A DNA stretch of 39,250 nucleotides from Nitrososphaeraceae archaeon (GCA_035250975.1 DATFEP010000086.1:1-39250), one strand, 5' to 3'; numbered from the stretch's first letter, positions 1-10,382 are shown. The notes: generated by a model from the letters alone, not told the origin. Translations and numbers: made by a program.

Positions 1-120
1 TACTACCGACAACAAACGCAACTAGTACAGCAGCAAAGACAACAACAGTACTACCGACAACAAACGCAACTAGTACAGCAGCAAAGACAACAACAGTACT
101 ACCGACAACAAACGCAACTA
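1..120 (+). repeat. Perfect 48-bp tandem repeat, 2.5 copies visible, encoding LPTTNATSTAAKTTTV
   Basis: Units at 1-48, 49-96 and a partial unit at 97-120 are identical; in frame with the phosphoesterase. Confidence 0.95.
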
Positions 121-1088
121 CTGAAACAAGTAAAATTGACTATTATGTTTTTGATAAGAAATACGACATAGCAGTGACTGGCGATTGGGGTTGCAATAAC
201 AATACAAGACTAGTAGTAAACTATATTCAAAGTTCCCATCCGAAACTAATAGTTACTCCTGGCGATCTTTCATATGAGGAAACCGGAGAGTGTTTTTACG
301 ATGTAACAAAACCAATTTCATCGAAATTGAAGGTAGCTCTAGGGAATCATGATAATGAAGAAGATGAAACTAAGGAAATAAGGTATGAATATATGAAACA
401 CTTTAATTTGACTCGTCCATTTTATTCCTTCAACCAGGGAAATATACATTTTCTAATGATGGATTCCTCATTAGCACCATCGAAATTGTCTGCCCAGTTC
501 TATTTTGTGCAACAGGACCTAGAGGATGCATCGAAAAATCCTAACATAAAATGGATCTTCGTGGTAATTCATAAACCTCTCTACACATCTCCAGGAAAAC
601 ATCCTTTAGATATTCAGAATACCTTTCTTTATCACCCGTTATTTGATAAATATAATGTTGATATAGTGTTTTCAGGACATAATCATTGGTATGAAAGATC
701 TCTTCCACTGAAATTCAATTACGACAACCCTACTTTGCCCTGGGTAGTGATTCCAAATTCGACTTCCAATAATTATATTCATCAAATTGCATTTGAAGAT
801 AACAACGGAACACAAATTGATAATAAGGTTAACTCCACATATAAGGATCCCAAACATCCTATTTTTGTTACAGTAGGAACTGGAGGTCATCGACTATATA
901 ATATTGATGAACTGAATGTTCCAAACTATATAACAAAAACGTATGATTACGGTTTTGGATTTCTAGGACTAAACGTTACCAAAAACGAGGTAATAGGAGA
1001 ATTTCATGGTAATCATAAAGATCATTCAGAGAAGGAGGTATCAAAAGATAGTTATATAATGAAAGATTCATTCAGAATAGTCAAATAA
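3..1088 (+). CDS. Purple-acid-phosphatase-like metallophosphoesterase, 5'-truncated by the window edge, with Thr-rich repeat linker
   Basis: Frame is open from position 3, so the track's GTG at 174 is internal. All five PAP motifs present: GDWG, GDLSY, GNHD, VVIH, GHNH. Confidence 0.85.
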   Translation, partial: LPTTNATSTAAKTTTVLPTTNATSTAAKTTTVLPTTNATTETSKIDYYVFDKKYDIAVTGDWGCNNNTRLVVNYIQSSHPKLIVTPGDLSYEETGECFYDVTKPISSKLKVALGNHDNEEDETKEIRYEYMKHFNLTRPFYSFNQGNIHFLMMDSSLAPSKLSAQFYFVQQDLEDASKNPNIKWIFVVIHKPLYTSPGKHPLDIQNTFLYHPLFDKYNVDIVFSGHNHWYERSLPLKFNYDNPTLPWVVIPNSTSNNYIHQIAFEDNNGTQIDNKVNSTYKDPKHPIFVTVGTGGHRLYNIDELNVPNYITKTYDYGFGFLGLNVTKNEVIGEFHGNHKDHSEKEVSKDSYIMKDSFRIVK

Positions 1089-1192
1089 TATTTTTCTTTT
1101 TTAAAAAAAGTTGTTTTTGATAATTTCTAACTCTATTTACAAGTTAATGATAGAAAAAATATTAAATAATTAAGAATTCATTATCCTTCCTG

Positions 1193-1762
1193 ATGATAGA
1201 AAAAACAGGAAATGGGTGGAAGTTAGTTTCTCGCACTCAGGTATATTCAAGTGAATATATTGAACTTTATGAAGATGAGTTGAATATTAACGGAAAAAAA
1301 AAAATATACATACAAGGGACTAGAAAAAACTATTCAACAATTGTTCCATTTATTTCAAATAAGGAGATATTGATAATAAAGAGCTATAGACATCTAGTTG
1401 ATTCAGTTCAAATTGAAATTCCTTCGGGTTATATAGAGTCTGGTGAAACACCTATAGAAGCCGCAGTGAGAGAATTTAAAGAGGAAACAGGATATGTGGC
1501 AACAGAACTGAAGTTAATAGGTGAATATACACTGGATTACTCTATGTTTCATCAACGTGGTTATATATTCGTAGCATACGGAATTCAAAAGAAAGATCAA
1601 CAATCACTAGGTGTCATGGAAAAAATAGAGATAAATTTATTATCAATAGACAAAATCAAACAACTTTTGCGAGAAGGAAAAATATTAAATGCTGCATCGA
1701 TTGTTGCGTTGTACAAAGCAATAGAATATCACGAGGAAAGGATCGATAAAACCCTAGTTTGA
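1193..1762 (+). CDS. NUDIX hydrolase (ADP-ribose pyrophosphatase-like)
   Basis: Nudix box GYIESGETPIEAAVREFKEETG. Confidence 0.88.
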   Translation: MIEKTGNGWKLVSRTQVYSSEYIELYEDELNINGKKKIYIQGTRKNYSTIVPFISNKEILIIKSYRHLVDSVQIEIPSGYIESGETPIEAAVREFKEETGYVATELKLIGEYTLDYSMFHQRGYIFVAYGIQKKDQQSLGVMEKIEINLLSIDKIKQLLREGKILNAASIVALYKAIEYHEERIDKTLV

Positions 1763-1782
1763 TTTGTTGTTTTCACAATTCA

Positions 1783-3000
1783 TTATTTATTTGTACCTTC
1801 CTTAATAACTTTTATAATCATCTCTAATCCTAAATTTATCTCTTCTTGGGATATTATCAACGGTGGTAAAATTCTAATAGTTTTATGTCCAGAAGGGAGA
1901 ACTAAAAGCCCTACTTTAAATAATTTCATTATTATTCGATCTCTTTCCCTCGCATTTTTAAAATCGACGCCGATCATTAATCCTAGACCTCTAACTTCTG
2001 TAATTGAATAAAATTTTTCCATAATTTCTTCTAATCTCTTCATCGTAAGTCTCCCCATCTTCTCAGCGTGTTTAGGTAACCTTTCATTGTGGATAATTTC
2101 TATAGTTTTGGCACCAATTGCCATATCTATTCTGCTTCCCCCACCCCAAGTACTTGATAATACTTCCCTACGTTTAGGTTCTAAAATTCGATCAAATAGA
2201 ACAGCTCCTATCTGAATTGATTTAGCGACCGTTATGATGTCCGGTTTAATATCATAGTGTTCATATGCCCACCATCTTCCTGTCCTACCGATACCAGTCT
2301 GAACCTCATCGATAATTAAAGGCACATGATATTTTCTAGTTGTACCATAAAGATTCTTTATGAATTTCCGACTTGCAACATTCATCCCACCTTCGCCTTG
2401 TATTATTTCAATAATTACAAAGGCTATCTTATTTTCTTCACATAGATGTTCTAACCGGTTTATTTCTAAATCATCATCTACAGTACAGAATTTTATTCTT
2501 TTCGCTGGGAATTCGGGGAAGTTTATTTTTTGTACCTCTTTACTGTTTGTAAAGGAAAGTGCACCCAGGGTTCTGCCATGAAAGCTATTCATGCAACATA
2601 CTCCTGGAAGTGGTCCAGTATTTCTATATACTATCTTTAATGCATTTTCAACAGCCTCTGCTCCACTATTAATAAGGAAAGTTTTAAAATTCTTTCCAGA
2701 AATGGAAATTAATCTTTCAGCTATCTCTAGATGTTCCTCACAATAAAAATCCTGACCAGCAATTTTGTGTGCCCCTTCGTTTAAATATTTTTTAAGAATA
2801 TTCATTACTTCTGGATGGGCATATCCTAGTGGACATGAAGCAATGTTGGAGGCAAAATCTAAATATTTTTTTCCGTCAATATCTTCCAGAAAACATCCTT
2901 TTCCACCTTTGATTACCAAGGGATATAAAAAGGTTGAATCATAAGTAAGTTTTCTAATTCTACGAATAATTAATCCTGACCGTTTATGTTGCATTTTCAT
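1783..3000 (-). CDS. Class III PLP-dependent omega-aminotransferase (ornithine/GABA/lysine type)
   Basis: NSGAEAVENALK, FHGRT, EIIQGEGG, DEVQTG, PLP-lysine motif DIITVAK, STWGG. Confidence 0.9.
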   Translation of the reverse strand: MKMQHKRSGLIIRRIRKLTYDSTFLYPLVIKGGKGCFLEDIDGKKYLDFASNIASCPLGYAHPEVMNILKKYLNEGAHKIAGQDFYCEEHLEIAERLISISGKNFKTFLINSGAEAVENALKIVYRNTGPLPGVCCMNSFHGRTLGALSFTNSKEVQKINFPEFPAKRIKFCTVDDDLEINRLEHLCEENKIAFVIIEIIQGEGGMNVASRKFIKNLYGTTRKYHVPLIIDEVQTGIGRTGRWWAYEHYDIKPDIITVAKSIQIGAVLFDRILEPKRREVLSSTWGGGSRIDMAIGAKTIEIIHNERLPKHAEKMGRLTMKRLEEIMEKFYSITEVRGLGLMIGVDFKNARERDRIIMKLFKVGLLVLPSGHKTIRILPPLIISQEEINLGLEMIIKVIKEGTNK

Positions 3001-3083
3001 TCAGATAATTATAATTAAATATTATTACCATGTTAATATTATTTATTAAATTATTTAATAGTGGGTTATTACATACTATTTGT

Positions 3084-4661
3084 ATGAAATTTGTCAATGA
3101 ACAAACATATGAATCCTTTCTTCACAAAGGCCAAGAAAATAAATTTCATAAGAAATTCGATAACGCCATTGAAATGCTAAAAAAAGAAATTGGCGGTAAG
3201 AATGTTTTTCCCATAATTGTTGATAACAAGAAAATATTTACTAAGTCGAAATATAAACACATATCGCCTGTTGACAGAAGGATGATTTTGGGATATATAT
3301 CAAGAGCAACATCAGTGGAAGTCGATAAGGCTATTGATTCCTCATATTTAGCTTTTGAAAAATGGAGGAATGTTGATTATCGAGAAAGAATTGAGATACT
3401 TAAGAAAGCAGTTAAAGACATCAGTCATAGAAAGTTTGAATTGGCTGTGTTATTGACTTTGGAAAATGGAAAGAATAGATATGAGGCTGTTGCTGATGTA
3501 GATGAAGCAATAGATTTCATAAACTATTATTGTTTTGAAATGAAAATGAATAATGGTTTCAAAGCAAAAAATTTAGTTTCAAAAAAAAATGAAAAGAATA
3601 TCAGTGTAATGAAACCATACGGTGTTTGGGGAATAATTTCTCCTTTTAATTTTCCAGCAGCTATTTTTGTTGGTATGACTATTGGTGCAATAATTACGGG
3701 AAATACAGCGGTAGTCAAACCAGCCAGTAATACTCCAATAATTGGGTACAAGATAGTGGAAATTTTATTAAGCGCTGGATTACCCCCAGGAGTTTTAAAT
3801 TTTATAACAGGAGAAGGAAGAGAAATTGGTGATTTTATAGTAGACAATAAAAAGATTTCTGGAATTGTATTTACTGGTTCCAAATATGTTGGAAATCATA
3901 TTCTTCAAGAATCATCAAAGATCGCATCCCGTCCAATAATTGCAGAACTTGGAGGAAAGAATCCAGCTATTGTTACAGAAAGTGCTGATTTAGATAAAGC
4001 TGTAAACGGGATTGCTAAAGCAGCCTTTTCGTATTCAGGACAAAAATGTAGTGCATGCTCACGAGTTTATGTGCATACAAAAGTCAAACAAGTATTTCTC
4101 AACAAGTTAATAAAACATGTTGAAAAGATCCAAGTATCAAATCCTGTTAATAGGAATTCTGATATTGGTCCAGTAATTAATTCTGAAGCATATGTAAATT
4201 TTAAGAGATACATAAAAAATGTGTCAAAAAAAGGAAAAATATTGTACGGTGGCTCAATAATTGAAGAAGGAGATCTAAAATATGGTTATTACGTACAGCC
4301 AACAATTGTAGATGGAATATCTGAAAATAATGTACTTATCAAAAAAGAGTTATTTTTACCAATTTTGTGTATTAACGAATTTAATAATTTTGAACAAGCC
4401 CTAGATCTAGCGAATAGTTCTGAATACGGACTTACCGCAGGGATATATTCAAAAAATAAGAATGAAGTAGATGTATTTTTAAGAAACATCGAATCTGGAG
4501 TTGTATATATTAATAGAGAAAAAAGTGCTACCACTGGTGCCATGGTCGGACAACAATCGTTTGGAGGTTGGAAGAATTCAGGGACTTCGGGGAAGGGAAC
4601 TGGAGGAAAATATTATCTATCTCAATTTATGAGAGAACAAAGTCAGACACTGGCTTATTGA
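3084..4661 (+). CDS. pruA: 1-pyrroline-5-carboxylate (glutamate semialdehyde) dehydrogenase, RocA/PruA type
   Basis: ALDH motifs ISPFNFP, FTGS, ELGGKN, GQKCSACSR; P5CDH-like TGAMVGQQSFGG. Start moved to ATG 3084 because the upstream 18 codons read as promoter DNA. Confidence 0.8.
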   Translation: MKFVNEQTYESFLHKGQENKFHKKFDNAIEMLKKEIGGKNVFPIIVDNKKIFTKSKYKHISPVDRRMILGYISRATSVEVDKAIDSSYLAFEKWRNVDYRERIEILKKAVKDISHRKFELAVLLTLENGKNRYEAVADVDEAIDFINYYCFEMKMNNGFKAKNLVSKKNEKNISVMKPYGVWGIISPFNFPAAIFVGMTIGAIITGNTAVVKPASNTPIIGYKIVEILLSAGLPPGVLNFITGEGREIGDFIVDNKKISGIVFTGSKYVGNHILQESSKIASRPIIAELGGKNPAIVTESADLDKAVNGIAKAAFSYSGQKCSACSRVYVHTKVKQVFLNKLIKHVEKIQVSNPVNRNSDIGPVINSEAYVNFKRYIKNVSKKGKILYGGSIIEEGDLKYGYYVQPTIVDGISENNVLIKKELFLPILCINEFNNFEQALDLANSSEYGLTAGIYSKNKNEVDVFLRNIESGVVYINREKSATTGAMVGQQSFGGWKNSGTSGKGTGGKYYLSQFMREQSQTLAY

Positions 4662-4724
4662 TGTTTTCTCTAGATTTTTAAATTTTTTTTATACTTATTA
4701 GGCTGTTAATAATATTTTAAGATA

Positions 4725-5291
4725 ATGCATGTCAAAAGACCGTTAGCTGTTACCATTATCGCAATACTGATGATAATTAATGGCTCGTTTCTTCTTTTTA
4801 CCGGTTTATCAAGTTTTGTCATAACATCAAATTTTAATTCAAGAACAGATCTGCTGAATTCTACTTTAAGTGAATTTGATACTCAAAGCTCGAGTACCCC
4901 ATTTTCTAGAGAAGATTTTGAAACAGTTATGGAAAATTTTGATTATTTTCTTTATTTTGTAGGAATATTACTTGTAGTATTTTCACTCGTTCATTACTTT
5001 ATAGCATATGGATTACTAAGGGCAAGATCATGGGCTCGTAAAATGACAATTATTATAGCTGTTATGGGAATATTGATCAATGTCCTGATAATTTTATTAG
5101 CCTCTGCAGTTTTAAACATGATAAAAGTAATTAATGATAGCTTAGCTATTTTTGGAGGAAATATCTTTACTATCATAATAAACACTTTAATAATCTATTA
5201 TCTTTACAAAAAAGAGGTTAAAAATTATTTTATTTATTCCAAAAATAAGTTCTCTTCTGATTCTTTCTCCTCGCTAAGTGATCTAAGGTAG
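4725..5291 (+). CDS. Four-TM membrane protein of unknown function
   Basis: KRPLAVTIIAIL start, AYGLLRARSWA motif, four hydrophobic segments. Confidence 0.75.
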   Translation: MHVKRPLAVTIIAILMIINGSFLLFTGLSSFVITSNFNSRTDLLNSTLSEFDTQSSSTPFSREDFETVMENFDYFLYFVGILLVVFSLVHYFIAYGLLRARSWARKMTIIIAVMGILINVLIILLASAVLNMIKVINDSLAIFGGNIFTIIINTLIIYYLYKKEVKNYFIYSKNKFSSDSFSSLSDLR

Positions 5292-5331
5292 GACGAAAAA
5301 AATCATATTTAATTTCTTTAATTTTACTATA

Positions 5332-5874
5332 TTACATTTCAAACACATATTTTTCTTTTAAATTTTTAATCAAATTTGCTATATCATTGTCGATTTGTCT
5401 AGTAATCTCTTTAACACGAGTTTTATCTGGTCCGAATGTTTTTTCCAGGAAATCTACCTCCCACAGATTTTTAGCCTCGACTATTTTTCCCTCTGAATTT
5501 AACATTCTTCTGCTTCTGAACGCTAAATGTGAAAATTCTTTCTCAGAAAATGATCCATGGAAATGAAATACGTTTGCAGGAATACTAACGACATCTCCTT
5601 CGTCTATTATAAAGATCTTCTCAGGTTTCGAAATATTTTCTACGAAATTTTCTTTTAAAGTACATACTATCCCTTTCCCTTTTGTACCAATAAGAATTTG
5701 TTCGGTCTCATGGTAATGAATAGTAGTTATAGCATTATTTAGGAAAAAAACATGGTACATTTCATATTGAGATGAGTTTTCATTATGTAGAATTTCAATC
5801 ATTTTTACATTTCCACGAAAATAATCTTTATTGATGCTTTTTTCTCGTCCTTTGTTGACATTTTCTTTAGACAT
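5332..5874 (-). CDS. Cupin-domain protein
   Basis: Metal motifs HYHETEQ and GDVVSIPANVFHFHG. Confidence 0.85.
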   Translation of the reverse strand: MSKENVNKGREKSINKDYFRGNVKMIEILHNENSSQYEMYHVFFLNNAITTIHYHETEQILIGTKGKGIVCTLKENFVENISKPEKIFIIDEGDVVSIPANVFHFHGSFSEKEFSHLAFRSRRMLNSEGKIVEAKNLWEVDFLEKTFGPDKTRVKEITRQIDNDIANLIKNLKEKYVFEM

Positions 5875-7170
5875 TTTGTTATCAATAAATTATAAGATCG
5901 TAAATAACATATACTTTTCTAATAGTAATACTACTGAATATACACATTTTATAGAAGCCTCAATTGATTGTTAGTGTAAATTTGAAATACCTTTTGTATG
6001 TTAAAAATTTTACCCCCTAAATACAAACTTCTGATGATATACTGATTGAAAAACTTTTCTAAATCCTAAATATTTAAAAATTCATCATCTTCAGTCACCA
6101 ATAAAACATATTGTGTCAAGAGTAATCCGTAAACGAAATTTTGTTAAGTAGTATAGTTTCTAAAGACCATATAATTTTTCAAATATGATTTCTGCATAAA
6201 TTATAGAATAAATGATACAAAATTGATCTTTTTTTCGTAGTTAGGATAACTAACGTTAATTTAATAAATATGTATTTATATACAAATCCAGGTATTCGAT
6301 ATAAAAACTATTACAAGCGTGTCCTGACCAATTAGAGTATTAATCACCTTATCGACGTGAGTAAAGTCTATCAATAAATAAGAATTTTTGTTTGTATTTT
6401 TCAAAGTAAACATGTTGTGGAAAAAATATTACAATTGATAAATTGTTCATATAACATGATACATTATTCTTAACATACGGTTTTAGGAGGAGATTTTAGT
6501 ACTGATATATAAGGTCTTCTGACCAAGCCATCAGTAAGAAATGCATTTAACTTCGAATGTACATTTAATTGAGCTGATTAATTATTTGTGCGTTAGATCT
6601 CGAGTATATGATATGTATCATCTTATTTGGAAGTTTAAAAACGATACTAACGAAAAAAGAACGAGAACATTGTAATTCCTTTCAAAGGGTTAAAAGTTTT
6701 GAAGGATGATAGATTTTCAAAAAAATATACTTATAAACTGTGTACTTGTTGTTTTTCAAGATTTAATAGAAATAATTATAGATCCAGTAAATGAGCTGAC
6801 CTGTTTATCTAAGAATTACAGTAGGCACACAAATTAAACATTATTGTTGATGAAAATTATTGGGTGATAGTATTACTATTACTAAGCCTCCCTAGAGCGA
6901 TTTTGCTATAGTCATAACAGAAAATACCGTCAAAAAACCATCAGTCACAATCTTTAACAATATCGCTTCTGGTTGAGCACAAAGCTAGTAAAAATCTTAA
7001 TAAATGTTAAAATTATTTTTACGCTTTTTGATATGATGATTTCGAAATCTTTTAATAAATCTAGATTAGTAAATTTGCGCATTTTACAAGTAATATTACT
7101 TGAAGTACGTTTATGGACATACAAAAAAACATTGAAATAAAGTTTATTATCCTATTAGAATCTGATTTAT

Positions 7171-8034
7171 ATGTCTTGTTCAACCGTCAAATCTTTTTCT
7201 GATGCTGATATCATTGTCATGGGTGTTCCTGATGAATCAAAATCTAAAGCTCCAAGAAAAGGCGCTCGTAATGGACCTAATGCCTTGCGTAGGGCATTTG
7301 AACACTCAGAAAATTTTAAAAGATCAGGAAAAAAAATTCCTATTCTTCCAATGAAAGGAAGAATAGATAATAAAAAAATCTTTGATATGGGCAATATAAG
7401 AAGAGATCAACTCTATGACATTGTTTCCGATGTCTTGCTACAAAATAAAATTCCAATTGTCATTGGAGGCGATCATTCAATAACTTCTTCTACGATAAAA
7501 GCAATAGGAAAATATACAAACGGAAAAATTAATTTAATATATTTTGATGCTCATCCTGATTTCGTTACTTCGGTAAAAGATTATTATGGATCAGTTGTGA
7601 GTGATTCGATTGATTTTATTAATCTTAGGACAAGTATTTTTATTGGAACAAGGGCATGCGAACCAGAAGAAATGTATAATCTGAAGGCACATAAAGCTGT
7701 TATTATTAATCCACTAGAAATCCAAGAAATAGGAATTAAAAAAACATTAAAAAGAATTGCTGATACATGTATCGATAAGTCTGATGATAATGACGTATAT
7801 ATTTCAATAGATCTTGACTGTCTAGATCCTGCATTTGCTCCAGGAATATCTGTTCCAACTCCATGTGGATTATCTACATTAGACTTAACATATCTTGTTA
7901 AGAAAATTCTTGAAAAGAAAAGCGTTATTGGTTGTGATATCGTCGAATTGTGTCCTTCTTATGATGTTAACGATGTTACTGCGAATTTTTCAGCAAGATT
8001 ATTAAAAGAAATACTTGCCTCTATCAGGAAATAA
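7171..8034 (+). CDS. Ureohydrolase (arginase/agmatinase family)
   Basis: GGDHS, DAHPD, SIDLDCLDP, DIVELCP binuclear-metal motifs. Confidence 0.9.
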   Translation: MSCSTVKSFSDADIIVMGVPDESKSKAPRKGARNGPNALRRAFEHSENFKRSGKKIPILPMKGRIDNKKIFDMGNIRRDQLYDIVSDVLLQNKIPIVIGGDHSITSSTIKAIGKYTNGKINLIYFDAHPDFVTSVKDYYGSVVSDSIDFINLRTSIFIGTRACEPEEMYNLKAHKAVIINPLEIQEIGIKKTLKRIADTCIDKSDDNDVYISIDLDCLDPAFAPGISVPTPCGLSTLDLTYLVKKILEKKSVIGCDIVELCPSYDVNDVTANFSARLLKEILASIRK

Positions 8035-8152
8035 TTTCTTTTTCTAAACTTTTTCAATTTTTATAATATGTTTATAGAAGATTAAACATAAATACAAAAA
8101 TTATTCTTAATTTTAAGAATATCCCTTTTGATTATTGATTACCAGATTCCTT

Positions 8153-9442
8153 TTAATATGCATTGAATTTACTTCCCAATATTTCAGATGCTATCTTTAA
8201 CTCTAACACTTCATTTGCGCCTTCGTAGATTGTAGTGGCTCTGGAATCTAGAAAGTGTCTGGCCACTCGTGAGGTTGTCTTATATCCTTCAGAACCAAAA
8301 ATTTGAACGGATCTATTTGCAACATCGAAAGAGGAGTTTGTTGCGTAATGCTTGGCCATAGCTGCCAATTTGTCACTTTCTCTTCTTAAGTCTGAATAAA
8401 TTTTGTTATTTCTATTTAATTTCATTATCCATTTTTCATCATGTTGTTTTAGAGATTCGATATAATCATTGAGTTTTTGTTTGGCTATGGCTGCACGGTA
8501 GGTAACCCATTTAGTAGTTTCTATTGAAATTGCAATTTTAGTTATATGTCGTTGAATTAACTGTTTGTTTGCTAGATGAGAACCATGTTGATACCGTTTT
8601 TTTGAATATCCTACCACTTGTTTTAGGCAATCAGTCATGACTCCAATCGCTCCTGCAGCAACACTCAATCGACCATCTATCATGGCGCTAAATGCTATGC
8701 TTAACCCTTGCCCTTCTACCCCCAATAGATTATCTTTAGGGATCTTGCACTTATCAAATTCTATTATTGCATTTTTGACAGTCAATAAACCCATTTTATT
8801 TTTGATCTCTGTTTTTTTAATATGTGGAGAATCCATGTCTATAATGAACGCAGAGATGTTTGAGCCACTGTTTCCCTTTTCTGTTGCATAAGTTGTTATA
8901 ATTTTAGCAAATGTACCATTTCCAATCCAATGTTTTTTTCCATGAATCAAATAATGATCTCCTTTATCCTCAAATCTGGTTTTTATTAAAGAGGGATCAC
9001 TTCCTGCCTCTGGCTCTGTTAGCGCAAAAGCCATAACTGCTTTACCATTTGTGGTGTTTGGAAGATATCTTCTTTTTTGTTCGTTATTTGACCACATTTG
9101 TAGGATCAACTGTCCAATAGATGTATGACATGAAAAAAAAGTCCTCATAGAGCTTCCTTCTTGACCTATCCTCTCTAATGCAAGTAAATAAGTTAAAATA
9201 TCATATCCTAATCCACCAAATATCTTTGATACAGGACAACCCAACATGCCTATTTTACTAAATTCTGGAATCAGTTTTTCATTTATTGATCCTCTTAGAT
9301 ATGATTTTTCTTCATTTATTCTTAATGATTTACAAACTTTGTCCACTCTTTCAAGAAATTTTTTTTGATTATTAGAAACTTCAAAGTTCATCTCGGAAAG
9401 ATTTATGAGATCATCATTAACATCATGATATTCTTTTTTCAA
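8153..9442 (-). CDS. Acyl-CoA dehydrogenase
   Basis: FALTEPEAGSD, GKKHWIGNG, RYQHG, VQIFGSEGY, catalytic IYEG. Confidence 0.9.
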   Translation of the reverse strand: MKKEYHDVNDDLINLSEMNFEVSNNQKKFLERVDKVCKSLRINEEKSYLRGSINEKLIPEFSKIGMLGCPVSKIFGGLGYDILTYLLALERIGQEGSSMRTFFSCHTSIGQLILQMWSNNEQKRRYLPNTTNGKAVMAFALTEPEAGSDPSLIKTRFEDKGDHYLIHGKKHWIGNGTFAKIITTYATEKGNSGSNISAFIIDMDSPHIKKTEIKNKMGLLTVKNAIIEFDKCKIPKDNLLGVEGQGLSIAFSAMIDGRLSVAAGAIGVMTDCLKQVVGYSKKRYQHGSHLANKQLIQRHITKIAISIETTKWVTYRAAIAKQKLNDYIESLKQHDEKWIMKLNRNNKIYSDLRRESDKLAAMAKHYATNSSFDVANRSVQIFGSEGYKTTSRVARHFLDSRATTIYEGANEVLELKIASEILGSKFNAY

Positions 9443-9754
9443 CTAAAATTGCTATTTATCTGGGGCATAATAAAAAGAAATCTTTATTTTTTCTTTATAA
9501 TAATCATTATCATTGAGGAGAATTTTCTAGAATTTGAAAATTCTTTTATCGATTATATTGCTGTTTATCATAAATGTGATAAGTTCTAATTATTTTAAAA
9601 TATGTTATTGATTTGAAAGGATATCATAACCGAAAAATTCGTCAATCATACAAAAAATTTCTATGTAATGGTATTAATTTCATTAATTTTATGAAACGAT
9701 TGTGTTGATATAACCAAGGATGAATTTGTATTTGTTTATGTGATTCTATGATAT

Positions 9755-10220
9755 TTTAAATCAAGAAAAACCAGTAAAAAAAATTGAGAAGCAAAAAGAT
9801 AAATGAGAAAATCAGACCTAACATAGAACACAGTATGGGTAATATTATTGCACATAACCATTGAACATACTGACGGAATTTTACATACTTATAGCCTACT
9901 TCTCTGCATATTCCCTTATCGTTAAAATTTCAATCTCTGCGAAAATAAAAGTTGTATTGAGAAGCCTAGGCCTGTTATAGAGAGCAAACCGGAAAAATAT
10001 TAGAACTTCCAAGTGGCGATTAGATTTTAAGTGAAAATAACAATAATATTAAATCATTAGTTTCTTTTAGCCTATGAAATTGAAATTTTGCAATTTATAA
10101 ACCTGGTAATGTTGAATAATAAAGAATATGGTCAAAAATACTGACAATATTTTTCTTATTGTTGACAACAATAATTCTAGAAATATCAAAACACTCAATA
10201 AATTATGACGGATAAATAAT
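9755..10220 (-). pseudogene. Possible decayed membrane-protein gene
   Basis: Successive hydrophobic minus-strand fragments in different frames (LLSVLIFLELLL; FSGLLSITGLGFSIQLLF; WLCAIILPILCSMLGLIFSFIFLLL) broken by stops and frameshifts. AT-rich DNA can mimic this. Confidence 0.25.
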
Positions 10221-10238
10221 TTAATTGAACCTTTGCTA

Positions 10239-10382
10239 TTAATCCTTGAAATATTTTTTCATTATTTTTGACATCTCAAGATGTGTTATTTTTTCAAATT
10301 CCTCTTGATGTTTTGTTTTCAAATGACGTAATGCAAATCGTACATTTTCACCACATAATCGACATTCAGCTTTGCCAAACAT
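10239..10382 (-). CDS. 47-aa C2H2-type zinc-finger microprotein (not in ORF track)
   Basis: Manual translation MFGKAECRLCGENVRFALRHLKTKHQEEFEKITHLEMSKIMKKYFKD*; CxxC plus HxxxxH; A-run + TTAAGTA about 30 nt upstream. Confidence 0.8.
   Translation of the reverse strand: MFGKAECRLCGENVRFALRHLKTKHQEEFEKITHLEMSKIMKKYFKD

Noticed and set aside
1-120. CRISPR array
   Set aside because: Head-to-tail repeats with no spacers, in frame with a protein; no cas genes.
6082-6094. D'/C'-like motif CTGAagATGATGA on the minus strand
   Set aside because: No flanking C or D boxes at guide distance.
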